From positions 1 through 61,969 of IMG/VR virus record IMGVR_UViG_3300015242_000003: a stretch of DNA of 61,969 nucleotides; one strand, 5' to 3'. Origin of the DNA: a virus (taxonomy: Duplodnaviria; Caudoviricetes). The notes under the pieces were generated by a model. It ran no database searches, was not told where the DNA came from, and saw only the letters and a list, made by a program, of their open reading frames with translations. Made by a program: the position numbers and the translations under genes. This document shows, in pieces, positions 10,314 through 20,193 of this stretch (positions are counted from its first letter, which is position 1; each line of letters opens with the position of its first letter).

Positions 10314-10359
10314 AACGGGGCCGACCAACCCAGCGCATACGGTCGGCCCCGTTTCGTTT
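10314..10359 (+). terminator. intrinsic terminator after the capsid operon
   Basis: 13-bp stem AACGGGGCCGACC/GGTCGGCCCCGTT followed by TCGTTT. Confidence 0.7.
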
Positions 10360-10425
10360 GCCGGTAAGAAAACGGGAGTAGGAAAGGGGAACGAGGTAGT
10401 CTATTAACGACGAAAGGAAGGCATA

Positions 10426-10749
10426 ATGGCCGCCCCGGAAGATATCCAGGAAGTCCTGGACATGCTCGGGCCAGATGCTGCCGAGTCAGGATGGACAGAA
10501 GAGAAAATCGGCGCGGCATTGGATGCCGGAGATACGCCAAACGAGATCGCTCGTAAGTATTGGGAATACCGAATGAGCAGATCTTCGACGATGGCCGATG
10601 TCTCCGAATCGGGCAGCTCCCGAAAGCTCTCCCAGATCTTCGAAAACGCTAAGGCACTCGCCGCGTACTACAAGGGTGCGTCCGAAGCAGAGAACCCTGA
10701 CAACCAACCTGGCGCAACTTCGTTCAGCCGTCCGATTAGGAGAGTGTGA
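10426..10749 (+). CDS. putative head-to-tail adaptor
   Basis: Size, gene order and a DVSESGSSRKLSQ motif typical of this class. Confidence 0.6.
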   Translation: MAAPEDIQEVLDMLGPDAAESGWTEEKIGAALDAGDTPNEIARKYWEYRMSRSSTMADVSESGSSRKLSQIFENAKALAAYYKGASEAENPDNQPGATSFSRPIRRV

Positions 10750-10750
10750 T

Positions 10751-10999
10751 ATGCAAGCTAACGTTACTACTACATTATCCAATACTCTTTCTGGTTTGGA
10801 TGCAGTCCCCACCTTGATCCGAAATCTTGGTGCAGCTCCTATTTACATTGGACCTAGCACTACTAACACAAGTAATGGATTTCCTTTGTATCCTGGCGAG
10901 GCTGCTTGTGTTGTTCCTGGTGCAAACACATATATGATTTCCCAAAGTGGGATATGTACGATAGCTATTCTTCCTGACGCAAACTATCTTGCCAAATAG
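10751..10999 (+). CDS. hypothetical virion protein (AT-rich)
   Basis: ATG right after the upstream stop; IRNLGAAPIYIG...NGFPLYPGE beta-rich pattern. Confidence 0.55.
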   Translation: MQANVTTTLSNTLSGLDAVPTLIRNLGAAPIYIGPSTTNTSNGFPLYPGEAACVVPGANTYMISQSGICTIAILPDANYLAK

Positions 11000-11004
11000 A
11001 AGGA

Positions 11005-11433
11005 GTGGTTATGGGATTCCGACTTGCGGTTGCTTCCCGTAATGCCGCAGCTGATGCTGCCATAGATCGTCTTGACCTCGGGGGTGGACCTGGCACTATC
11101 AAGGTTTATACCGGGTCTCAGCCGACTAACCCAGATACGGCTATCGGCGCCGTAACGCTTCTCGCGACGTTCACGCTTGCTGACCCAGCTTTCGGTGCTT
11201 CCTCTGTAGGAGTAAAGACGATTGATGCGAGTCCTACGCTTAACACTGTCGGAGTAGCCGCAGGAACGGCTGCTTGGTTCCGAGGGGCTGACAGTACAGG
11301 CGCGCCTGTCTTCGACGGGACTGTGAGCGCTACTTCAGGGGGCGGGAATCTCGAACTCAACACCACGACGATTTCAGTTGATCTCGCCCTTTCGATTACG
11401 GGCGGCACGATTACGATGCCTTTGGGGATCTAA
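11005..11433 (+). CDS. hypothetical structural protein
   Basis: AAGGAG RBS; Gly/Ala/Thr-rich, GTAAWFR motif. Confidence 0.65.
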   Translation: MVMGFRLAVASRNAAADAAIDRLDLGGGPGTIKVYTGSQPTNPDTAIGAVTLLATFTLADPAFGASSVGVKTIDASPTLNTVGVAAGTAAWFRGADSTGAPVFDGTVSATSGGGNLELNTTTISVDLALSITGGTITMPLGI

Positions 11434-12134
11434 TGGCCGCACGGTCGGATGCTGCAACTGACCGGGTAAGTTTGGGTTCTGCCCCCACACTTACGGCATT
11501 GACTATTGGTGGTTGGGCGAGGATTGATTCGGCCGGCGTCGGGAGCTTCAACCCGATTATTCGGTTGTCGATTAACAGCGGCGATGTATCTAGTTGGATT
11601 GTGGGATTTAAGGGAACGAATGGCCGAACTCCGAGTGTCTATTCGCCCCTGAATACGACAGGTATTGTCGCACCAGAACAAGCGTTAGCAACCTGGGTGT
11701 ATATCGCTGCCACACTCAACGCTGGAGCTGCCCAATTGTTGTACGGAACTGTTCCTGGGACCTTGTCGAAGGTAACCGGAACGGTTGCCGCAAGCGGTAC
11801 AGCCGATCGTCTGACTTGGTTCTCGAGGTCTGCAGCGGACGGGACAGAATGGCTGTTGGGTGCGCTCGCCTACGAGAGGATTTGGACCGCAGTTCTGTCC
11901 GATGCTGAGATAGCTTTAGAAAGTCAGTCGGCGGTTCCGGTTCGAGCTACGAACCTTTGGGCTGACTGGAGGTTCGCGAGTGCAGGCCTGACAGACAGCT
12001 CGGGCAACGCGAGGAATCTCACGGCAGGCTCGACCGCCCTCTCCGCCGAAACTGATCCACCCTTAGGGCTCGTCACCTCTGACGCGCTCAAGCGCGACAA
12101 GCAAATGCGCCTAGGCGCCCTACTCCAAATGTGA
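11433..12134 (+). CDS. LamG/concanavalin A-like domain protein
   Basis: TWVYIAAT...LLYG...RIWTAVLSDAEI pattern. Confidence 0.7.
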   Translation: MAARSDAATDRVSLGSAPTLTALTIGGWARIDSAGVGSFNPIIRLSINSGDVSSWIVGFKGTNGRTPSVYSPLNTTGIVAPEQALATWVYIAATLNAGAAQLLYGTVPGTLSKVTGTVAASGTADRLTWFSRSAADGTEWLLGALAYERIWTAVLSDAEIALESQSAVPVRATNLWADWRFASAGLTDSSGNARNLTAGSTALSAETDPPLGLVTSDALKRDKQMRLGALLQM

Positions 12135-12141
12135 GGATGAA

Positions 12142-12615
12142 ATGGCACGAGGCGTTTACACTATCAGCTTTAATGAGCAAACCATTGCTGCCGCATCTGG
12201 AGATTATGATCTATTCGAGATATCTGTTGCTGACGACAAGCCTGTTGAGATAATTGCTCTCTCGCTTGGAAATAAGAGTGAGATTGGCGATGCGCAAGAC
12301 GAGATGCTTGCATATTCAGTTCTGAGAACAACTTCGACAACCGCTAATGGGACTGCCGCTACACCCCAAGCAACTGATCCTTCAGATGGTGCAGCTTCAT
12401 TTACTGCCGAAGTTTTGGCCACGGCAATTTCAACGGGTGGAACTGAAACATTTTTGATGCGTGACACTTTCAATGTGCGTGCGGGCCTTATGCTTGTTCT
12501 TCCCGAGGTAATGCGTATCAAGGCTGCACAAGCGACGTTGCTTGTGGTCCGTCTCACGACTGCTGTCGCGGACGACCTGACTCTATCCGGAACACTTTGG
12601 GTTAGGGAGCTGTAG
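12142..12615 (+). CDS. hypothetical structural protein
   Basis: In the operon with an RBS; beta-rich. Confidence 0.6.
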   Translation: MARGVYTISFNEQTIAAASGDYDLFEISVADDKPVEIIALSLGNKSEIGDAQDEMLAYSVLRTTSTTANGTAATPQATDPSDGAASFTAEVLATAISTGGTETFLMRDTFNVRAGLMLVLPEVMRIKAAQATLLVVRLTTAVADDLTLSGTLWVREL

Positions 12616-12617
12616 CT

Positions 12618-13853
12618 ATGCCGCTGTTCCAGGCAGACACCACCTACGCGTACGTCCGCACGCGTCGGCGCGTGCTGTCGAAAACAGCGGCCACGAATAC
12701 CGGAACTCTCACTACGGACATGCCGGCATTTACCAGCGGCCTGAACGGAACCGCTCTTGCAGCAGGGGCACTTGCCGCCGACATGCCTGCGTTCACTTCT
12801 GGGCTAAACGGAACCGCGGCAGTCAGCGGCAGCATTGCCGCTACCATGCCTGAGTTCTCCGCTGGGTTGAACGGGACGAGCACGGCCCAAGGGAACCTTG
12901 CCGCCGCGATGCCTACATTTACGGCCGACTTGGATGGAAACGCCCGAGCTACAGCGGCAGTCGGAGCCTCTCTGCCCGAGTTCACGGCAGACCTGGATGG
13001 GCTCGCACGGACCAGCGGACAGCTGGTTGCCGACATGCCTGCGATGCTCTCCGGGCTTACGGGCGTTGGGACTTCGAGCGGACCGTTGTCGGCAAGCATG
13101 CCAGTTATGGGGGCGCTGTTCAATGGGGTTGGTGCGAGTTCGGGCGTACTGGGAGCTTCGCTGCCCAGTATGACGGCTGGTCTACTCGGAACAGTCGAGA
13201 CGACCGATAATTTCTTCGCTTTGATGCCTGGGTTTACTAGTGATCTCGATGCCGTTGCTCGATCCAGCGGGTCGTTGTCCGCTGCTTTGCCGGCAATGGA
13301 CGGAGGGATCCTCGCGGTTGGTACTGGATCCGGTATCCTCGCGGGTGCGATGCCAGGCATGGAAATGTTGTTGTCTGGGGGAGTAGACCTCGAACTCGCA
13401 GGTGAGCTAATCATCATCCTGCCGAGATTCGTCATGACTAGGAATAGGGGGCCAGCCTTGGAACTCAACCAGCAACGGGCGCTGACTCGAGAATTCATTG
13501 CTTCCAATCCGATATACGTTGCTTTGATTCCGAACGTGCGGGTACGACAACCTTCCGGGGGCTATGCGCTCGACGAGGGCGTGCCTCGGCCGCAACAGAT
13601 GTTCCGTCTCATCCCCAGGAGCCACACCGAAGAGCCACGTACGTCGACCTCGGCCGCCGCGACGTCGGACTCCGGAGTGCAGCGACGATACGACTACACG
13701 TTGCTGGGCGAGTGGGACTCGACAATGCAGGTTGGCGACGAGTGGGAGACTGAGGATGGGCAACGACTCGTAATTGAGAATATGGTGTCTTACAACGGCT
13801 ACGAGCGTAAAGGCCTCGTGATCTCGTATGGAAGGAGCCCGAACCATGCCTAG
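12618..13853 (+). CDS. repeat-containing protein with a C-terminal head-to-tail stopper-like domain
   Basis: About 11 copies of a ~19-aa unit G-x-L-x-A-x-MP-x-F-x3-L-x-G; C-terminal YTLLGEWDSTMQVGDEW domain. Confidence 0.6.
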   Translation: MPLFQADTTYAYVRTRRRVLSKTAATNTGTLTTDMPAFTSGLNGTALAAGALAADMPAFTSGLNGTAAVSGSIAATMPEFSAGLNGTSTAQGNLAAAMPTFTADLDGNARATAAVGASLPEFTADLDGLARTSGQLVADMPAMLSGLTGVGTSSGPLSASMPVMGALFNGVGASSGVLGASLPSMTAGLLGTVETTDNFFALMPGFTSDLDAVARSSGSLSAALPAMDGGILAVGTGSGILAGAMPGMEMLLSGGVDLELAGELIIILPRFVMTRNRGPALELNQQRALTREFIASNPIYVALIPNVRVRQPSGGYALDEGVPRPQQMFRLIPRSHTEEPRTSTSAAATSDSGVQRRYDYTLLGEWDSTMQVGDEWETEDGQRLVIENMVSYNGYERKGLVISYGRSPNHA

Positions 13854-14211
13854 GGGAGGCTTCCGGATGGACTCCCGGGAACTTGACCGGGAACTCGGCT
13901 CGTTCAATGACCGAATGAACAAGGGGGTTGCCGCCGCTATGGATTACCAGGCAACTCGAAGCGAGATTTCAATGAAGACTAATGCCCGATGGACCGACCG
14001 AACCGGCAACGCCCGGAACAGCCTCTTCACCGCTACGAAGCACGAAGGCACGGTTCATGAGATGGTGCTGTCGCACGGGATGTCTTATGGGATCTGGCTC
14101 GAAGTTCGGTTCTCCGGGCGCTATGCGATCGTCCGGCCAACGATCCCAGTCGCCATTGCCGAGCTAAAAGTCCTCATTTCGAAGATCATGAAGAACTTGC
14201 CGAGGGGATGA
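13846..14211 (+). CDS. HK97 gp10-like neck/tail completion protein
   Basis: WTDRTGNARNSL...SYGIWLEV...GRYAIVRP motif. Confidence 0.75.
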   Translation: MPRGGFRMDSRELDRELGSFNDRMNKGVAAAMDYQATRSEISMKTNARWTDRTGNARNSLFTATKHEGTVHEMVLSHGMSYGIWLEVRFSGRYAIVRPTIPVAIAELKVLISKIMKNLPRG

Positions 14212-14214
14212 GTC

Positions 14215-14631
14215 ATGAGCGCACGGGCGGCTATCGCGAGTCTACTCGGAACAGATAGCCAGATGAACATGCTTGATATTGACGAGACAGTTATTTACGC
14301 CTCGAACGCGACAGATAGTCCTGATAGGACTCGGATGTTCCTTGTCGTTCGATTCGAGGAGGTCGGGAAGTCCTTCCCGGGCGTCGGACCTAGCCGAGTG
14401 GCAATCTGGTTCCATGTTCCGAAAGAGAAAGAGCAGGATTATGGGAAGCTTGACTTACTTATGCTGCGCACCAAAGAGCTGATGCAATCTGTCGAGCATC
14501 GTGACGGCGCGGACGGCTGGCGGCTAACCGCTCCTACCTGGGACGGAGATTCGGGCGATCTCTTCGATGACGGGTACAATACATTGACTAGGTATTCGAC
14601 GTACCGCTGTGCCGTAAGGAATCTCGATTAG
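14215..14631 (+). CDS. putative tail terminator
   Basis: Size and position before the major tail gene. Confidence 0.6.
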   Translation: MSARAAIASLLGTDSQMNMLDIDETVIYASNATDSPDRTRMFLVVRFEEVGKSFPGVGPSRVAIWFHVPKEKEQDYGKLDLLMLRTKELMQSVEHRDGADGWRLTAPTWDGDSGDLFDDGYNTLTRYSTYRCAVRNLD

Positions 14632-14642
14632 CTGGAGGAAAC

Positions 14643-14969
14643 GTGGCTAGGAATCGGAATGAGCCGGTCTCTAACGAGACTCCGTCCGAAGAGGACAGGG
14701 TGACGATCGACGAAGATTCGATCGGCGAAGCTGCTGATCTCGTCGCGGAGCCCGAGGAGGTTCCCGAGGCGAACTCCGTGCTGTACCTGGGAGTCTTCGC
14801 TGATCGTCGGATCTCGAAGGAGGAGTGGGAGCAGGCTGGTGTGCCTGATCAGGAGGGATCGGTATGGACGGAGTCGACCGGCAAGGTCCTTTCGATCTCG
14901 GACTTCAACGAGCAGGCCCTGGCGGTTCTGGCGGGGACAGGCGAGTTTCGCATCACCCGATCCGAGTAG
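14643..14969 (+). CDS. hypothetical protein
   Basis: GGAGG RBS, GTG start. Confidence 0.6.
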   Translation: MARNRNEPVSNETPSEEDRVTIDEDSIGEAADLVAEPEEVPEANSVLYLGVFADRRISKEEWEQAGVPDQEGSVWTESTGKVLSISDFNEQALAVLAGTGEFRITRSE

Positions 14970-15169
14970 GTCGAATAGAGCTTCGCTGCCCCAGTTTCAG
15001 GCTTCATGGAATCCTAATAGGACCCGGAAAAGGAATCCTGGAAGTCAAGTGTCCAGATCGAAGATGTGGGGCAGGAAGAGGTGTAGTTGTATTGCACCTA
15101 TTTGATTTGTCAACGGGCCAAACAACTGAAGACAAATTCTATAAAAATCCAGATAGGGGAATGCAATGA
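14864..15169 (+). CDS. Mu Com-like zinc-finger protein (start uncertain)
   Basis: ELRCP..RLHG...LEVKCPDRRCG; GGAGGG RBS before ATG 14864; ATGA overlap with the major tail gene. Confidence 0.55.
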   Translation: MDGVDRQGPFDLGLQRAGPGGSGGDRRVSHHPIRVGRIELRCPSFRLHGILIGPGKGILEVKCPDRRCGAGRGVVVLHLFDLSTGQTTEDKFYKNPDRGMQ

Positions 15170-16050
15170 CAGCACCGATGACCTCGTTGCCGTATGGCAT
15201 GCGAGACGTCAAGCTCACCAGGTACACCGACGCGAGCGGAAGTATCCTCGCTACCACCTCGATCGACCTCCCGAACATGCAGACGCTCTCGTTCTCCGAA
15301 GCGGAGGAGTACACCGAACTGCGTGGTGACGATCGGGTGATCGCGATTCGCGGCCAGGGCGCCCTTGTCGAGTGGGAACTGGAGGCTGGAGGCATCGACT
15401 TCCGTGCCTGGGAGATCCTGACCGGCGGAACGGTGTCTCTCTCCGGGGTCACCCCGAACCGCAAATGGACGCTCCGCAAGCGGGCGACCGATGCTCGCCC
15501 GTATTTCCGGGCCGAGGGGCGCGCGATCTCCGACAGCGGTGGCGACGTGCACGCGGTTATCTACCGGGCTCGCGCGAACGACACGGTAGAGGGCCAGTTC
15601 GCGGATGGCGAGTTCTTCATCACCTCCGCATCGGGCCAGGGCCTCCCGATGCTGGACGAGGCGTTCGATCTCCTTTACGATCTAGTCATCAATGAGACTG
15701 CGACAGCGATCGTAACCACACCGGTCACAGCCAACCCGACGTTGCAGGGTGCCCCTTCGACCCTTACGTCGACAACTGGAACTCCGACAGCAGCGACGAT
15801 GGTTAACTTGTCCTGGGTGGCTGCCACGAGTGTGGTGCCGACGGCCGACGAGTACTTTATCCAGCATCGTACTGCCTTTAGTGAGTGGACAGATTCTGTC
15901 AAGGGGGCTTCCCCGGCTCCGACGACAACTACCGCAACGGTCACGGGCCTGGTTACGGCAACATTGTACCAGTTCCGCGTGCGCGCCGTGACTTCGGCAA
16001 ATGGCCCTTCCGATTGGGCTGTGGACGTCGCAGGCCAGACAACCGCATAA
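15166..16050 (+). CDS. major tail protein with a C-terminal fibronectin type III domain
   Basis: LPYGMRDVKL...ELRGDD motif; fn3 pattern LSW...VTGLVTATLYQFRVRA. Confidence 0.85.
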   Translation: MTAPMTSLPYGMRDVKLTRYTDASGSILATTSIDLPNMQTLSFSEAEEYTELRGDDRVIAIRGQGALVEWELEAGGIDFRAWEILTGGTVSLSGVTPNRKWTLRKRATDARPYFRAEGRAISDSGGDVHAVIYRARANDTVEGQFADGEFFITSASGQGLPMLDEAFDLLYDLVINETATAIVTTPVTANPTLQGAPSTLTSTTGTPTAATMVNLSWVAATSVVPTADEYFIQHRTAFSEWTDSVKGASPAPTTTTATVTGLVTATLYQFRVRAVTSANGPSDWAVDVAGQTTA

Positions 16051-16091
16051 GCCCAACAGCTATAACAACTGGAATTTAGGAGAGCACGGAG

Positions 16092-16625
16092 ATGCCGTCC
16101 AGCGAAGACAAGTACGCTGCTACATCCTGGGGGAACTCGGGCGAGGACCTGACCTGTCCGTCTGGGCAGGTTTGCCTTGTGCGCAAGGTCGATATGGTCG
16201 ACCTGCTCGCTGAGGGACTTCTCAACAAAGTCGATTTCCTGACGAGCATCGTCTCGGAAGATCTCGTTCCGAACGCTACGCCCGGAGCGAAGGTCGTTGC
16301 CGAGACTGGGCAGAAGGCGATGCAAACTCTGCTCGATCAGCCCGAGCACATGAAGGAATTCGGCCAGGTCGTAGAGATCGTGGTCGCCTACACCGTTCTT
16401 AAGCCGCCTCTTTTCGCGCCGCCGCGCGATGCGAACGGAAAGATCGACGAGGCTCGGAAGGTTGACGGTCGGGTGTACACCGACTCGATTAACTTCACCG
16501 ACAAAATGTTCATCTTCAACTACGCACTCGGGAACAGCGGGGACCTCGAAAAATTTCGTGAGGAATCCGGGGAACCTGTGGGAGATGTGGAATCTAGCGA
16601 AAGCGTATCAGAGCCGCCCCTCTGA
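16092..16625 (+). CDS. tail assembly chaperone (G-like)
   Basis: Lies between the major tail and tape measure genes. Confidence 0.8.
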   Translation: MPSSEDKYAATSWGNSGEDLTCPSGQVCLVRKVDMVDLLAEGLLNKVDFLTSIVSEDLVPNATPGAKVVAETGQKAMQTLLDQPEHMKEFGQVVEIVVAYTVLKPPLFAPPRDANGKIDEARKVDGRVYTDSINFTDKMFIFNYALGNSGDLEKFREESGEPVGDVESSESVSEPPL

Positions 16626-16854
16626 TCTCCTCGGTCTTCCAGACAAGGTAGCGGCTTACCACCTGGACCGAGCGGTTATGCATTTCGGAACCCAGCTTGA
16701 CGAAGCATTGGAAAAGGCAACCGAGCAGGGGAAGAGAAAGAAGCCGCTTAGTGCGGCTATGCGGAACCAGAAGATCCAGGAGACGTTAAATCGCTGGCTT
16801 GGGACTAAGGAAAAGAAGCGCTACCGAGATCCCATGCTCAAGCTAAAGGGGTAG
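16554..16854 (+). CDS. frameshifted tail assembly chaperone extension (T-like)
   Basis: Overlapping +1-frame ORF ending immediately before the tape measure gene; candidate shift site GAA AAA TTT CGT at 16548-16559. Confidence 0.65.
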
Positions 16855-19800
16855 GTGAGTCCGATCGCAGACTACAACCTTGGCAGGGCGCATGGTACCA
16901 TTCGTATTGATTACGATGGTAAGCGAGTCAAGGAAGCTCAGCAGGACATAAAGAAGGTCGGGCAGGACTCCGCTGTATCTGGCGATCAGGTGCAAGGTGC
17001 AGCGGAGCAAATGCAGGCCGCGTACGACAACATCTCGCGCGCAGTCAAGCAGCTCACGACCGACGTAACTCGCCATACTGCAGCGGAAACCTCGGCAAAG
17101 GCCCGGATCCAGGCAGCCGAGGAATCGCTTGCCGCTGTCCGCGCGAAGTCGGGCGCGGCGGCGAAGGACATTACGAACGCAGAGAAGGCGCTGCAGCGAG
17201 CACAGACCCAGTCCGCTTCCGCATCGGAACGACTCGCCTCGTCTACCCGCGCGCTACAGATTGCCCGACAGAAGCTCGCGAACACTCCTGCTCCTCCGTC
17301 TGATATCAATGCCGATTCAAGCGGCCTGGATCAGACTTCCAGTCGCCTGAAGAACATTGACAAGAATACTAAGTCGGCCGCGAGCGGCCTGAATCTCTTC
17401 AGTAACCGGCTGAAGATTATGGTCGGTGGTTTGGCTATCGCTGCGCCGCATATCGCAGGGCTCGGAGTGTCGCTCGTAGCGCTCGCAGGGCTCGCAGGGG
17501 TGGCAGCAGGTGCGCTGGCTGCTCTCGGAGCCGTAGCGGGCACCCTAGCCATCGGCATGAGCGGGATCGGAGCTGTCTTTAAGGCTGCCGGGGCCGATGC
17601 GAAGTCGGCCGGCACGGGCGCGGCGAGCAGTGCGAAGGCTCAGCGGTCGGCTGCCCAGGCGATCGAGTCGGCCCAGCGGAGCCTTGCCGCTGCCTACGAG
17701 AACTTGCAGCAGGTCCGCGAGGACTCTGCCCGGGGCGCGATCCAGGCCGCTCGGGCGATCCTGTCGGCAGAGCGAGATCTCGTCAATGCCCAACGAGATG
17801 CTCAGCGGGCACAGGCCAATCTGACTAAGGCTCGGCAAGACGCTACTCGGCAACTCGAAGATATGCGCCTCGCGCTTACCGGGGGAGCGCTCGACGAACG
17901 CCAGGCGATCCTGGATGTCGCTCGGGCGCAGGAGGACCTGAATAAGGTTCTCGCCGATCCGACCGCGACTGCGAACGATCGAGCACAGGCGATCCTGAAT
18001 CTCGAGAAGCAGAAGCTCGCGCTCGAGGAAACTCGGCTCGAAAATCAGCGACTTGGGAATGATGCTGCGGAGGCGGCTGCGAAGGGGGTTGCCGGCTCGG
18101 CAGCTGTTGTCTCCGCACAAGACGATGTGCGGGACGCAAATCAGAGCGTTGCCGACGCCCAGCAGTCTCTCGCGGACGCTGGCGAGTCCGCTCGCCTGCA
18201 ACAGGTGCAAGCGGGCCGAGACATCCGCGACGCGGTCCAGGGGATCGTAGACGCCCAGCAGACTCTCGAGAACGCCTACGCGGACGCCGGGAGCGCGGGT
18301 GCGGGTGCTGCCTCGCAGGTAAGTGAAGCTATGAAGAACATCTCACCGGTTGCCCGCGAGTTTGTTGGCGCGATCCTCGATCAGGCTGGAGCCTGGAAGC
18401 AGGTCAAGTTCGCGATTCAGGATCGGCTGTTCGCTGGTCTCGCTAAGGAAATCAAGCCGCTCGCGGAAATCTACTTCCCGCTTCTGCAAGAGGGAGCTGG
18501 AGGGATTGCCGATGGCCTGAACGGGATGGTTAAAGAGGCTGTCGGATTCCTCAAGTCGGCAGATGCGATCGGGAACGTTCGACAGATCTTCGACAACACT
18601 GGGCTGGCTGTCGGCAACTTGCGGACGGTAGTTCGAGACCTGCTTGCCGCGTTCCTCGACATCGCGGCTGTCGGGAGCGACTTCCTTCCCGACCTGGCAA
18701 CTGGGGCATCGAATGCCGCTTCTCGTTTCCGGGAATTCATTGCTGCCGCCCGAGAGAGCGGGAAACTAAAGGAATGGATGCAGGGCGGCATTGACGCAGC
18801 TAAGTCGCTCTGGGAGCTTCTTAAGAACCTCGGGTCTATCATCTCCTCAATCTTCACAGGCCTAAGCCGGGATGCGGGAGGAGCCCTAGGCACCTTTACG
18901 CAGCTAACCGGGAAGGTCGCCGATTTCCTCAAGTCTGTCGAAGGCCAAGATGCCCTTGCCGCACTCGGCAACATCCTCCGAGCGATCGGCGGAGCTACTG
19001 GAAAGGTATTCCTCTCCTTCCTGAAAGTCGCTTCAGACCTGTTGGTTGCGCTCGAACCGCTTATCGTAGGAGTAGCGGACGTCGCAGGGGGATTGCTTGC
19101 CGGGGCTTTCCAGGTATTCGGGGCGGCCTTGCAGCCTGTGGCAGATCTCCTCGGTTGGCTAGCCCCATTCCTCGGCCCGTTCATCGGCAGCATCTACGCG
19201 ATGAACACAGCAATCAACCTCGCCAAAACCGCATGGGCCGCTCTGAACACTGTGATGAAGGCCAACCCGTTCGTTCTTATCGCCAGCCTTATCGCCGCTT
19301 TGATAATCCTGATTATCCAGAACTGGGACTCTATCGCCCCAAAGCTTAAGGCATTGTGGGAAGGTATCAAGAGCGTCGCTGAGACGGTGTGGAGCGCTAT
19401 CGAGCGCGCCATTATCGAACCGTTGCAACGGACATGGGACTTCATTTCCGGTGGCCTTGAAATGGTGGCAAACTTCTTCTCTACTACCCACGACCTGATT
19501 AAGGGCGGTGTGGAAAATGCCTGGAATTGGATTGGCGACAAGATCTCGGGCATGATGAATAACATCGGAAACTTCATCTCAAATGGACTCGGCAAGGTTG
19601 GCCAATTGTTCCAGGGGTTGCCTGGAAAGATTGGAAACTTTATCAAGTCGCTCCCAGGCATGATGGTCAATCTTGGTAAGGACATCATTAATGGGATCTT
19701 GCGCGGGATCGGCAGCATTGGCAGCAAGATTGGCCAGGAATTGAAGAGGCTGGCCCAGAACGCCTGGAACGCAGTTAAGAACTTCTTCGGCATCAGCTCC

Positions 19801-20193
19801 CCGTCTAAGCTCATGCAGTTCGCTGGCGAGATGCTGGGCGAGGGCTTCGTGAAGGGCCTCGAAGGGATGCGCTCGAATGTCGAGAAGGCAGCACTCAGCA
19901 TGGCGAGCGCTGCCGCCGTACCGATCCCTGGACTCGACCTGACGTCCCCCAGCGGCATGGTGTTCGCGATGACCGGGGCGACGCAAGAACCGGTCGGACT
20001 CGGCAGCTCGGCACGTCGGCCGCCCGACCCCGGCGCGGGTGTCGCGACAAGTGCAGGGGCCGCCTCGATCAGCATCGGACATCTCACGGTGCAGGTCGCG
20101 GGAAACCTCGATCCGACAGACCCGGTCGCCTGGCGCAGGGCCATGGTAGGCATCAAGGATGGGATTAGAGGGGTGGACAGGGACTATGTCTAG
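16855..20193 (+). CDS. tape measure protein
   Basis: 1112 aa, Ala-rich and helical, W/F-spaced repeats, FGISSPSKLM motif. Confidence 0.92.
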   Translation: MSPIADYNLGRAHGTIRIDYDGKRVKEAQQDIKKVGQDSAVSGDQVQGAAEQMQAAYDNISRAVKQLTTDVTRHTAAETSAKARIQAAEESLAAVRAKSGAAAKDITNAEKALQRAQTQSASASERLASSTRALQIARQKLANTPAPPSDINADSSGLDQTSSRLKNIDKNTKSAASGLNLFSNRLKIMVGGLAIAAPHIAGLGVSLVALAGLAGVAAGALAALGAVAGTLAIGMSGIGAVFKAAGADAKSAGTGAASSAKAQRSAAQAIESAQRSLAAAYENLQQVREDSARGAIQAARAILSAERDLVNAQRDAQRAQANLTKARQDATRQLEDMRLALTGGALDERQAILDVARAQEDLNKVLADPTATANDRAQAILNLEKQKLALEETRLENQRLGNDAAEAAAKGVAGSAAVVSAQDDVRDANQSVADAQQSLADAGESARLQQVQAGRDIRDAVQGIVDAQQTLENAYADAGSAGAGAASQVSEAMKNISPVAREFVGAILDQAGAWKQVKFAIQDRLFAGLAKEIKPLAEIYFPLLQEGAGGIADGLNGMVKEAVGFLKSADAIGNVRQIFDNTGLAVGNLRTVVRDLLAAFLDIAAVGSDFLPDLATGASNAASRFREFIAAARESGKLKEWMQGGIDAAKSLWELLKNLGSIISSIFTGLSRDAGGALGTFTQLTGKVADFLKSVEGQDALAALGNILRAIGGATGKVFLSFLKVASDLLVALEPLIVGVADVAGGLLAGAFQVFGAALQPVADLLGWLAPFLGPFIGSIYAMNTAINLAKTAWAALNTVMKANPFVLIASLIAALIILIIQNWDSIAPKLKALWEGIKSVAETVWSAIERAIIEPLQRTWDFISGGLEMVANFFSTTHDLIKGGVENAWNWIGDKISGMMNNIGNFISNGLGKVGQLFQGLPGKIGNFIKSLPGMMVNLGKDIINGILRGIGSIGSKIGQELKRLAQNAWNAVKNFFGISSPSKLMQFAGEMLGEGFVKGLEGMRSNVEKAALSMASAAAVPIPGLDLTSPSGMVFAMTGATQEPVGLGSSARRPPDPGAGVATSAGAASISIGHLTVQVAGNLDPTDPVAWRRAMVGIKDGIRGVDRDYV

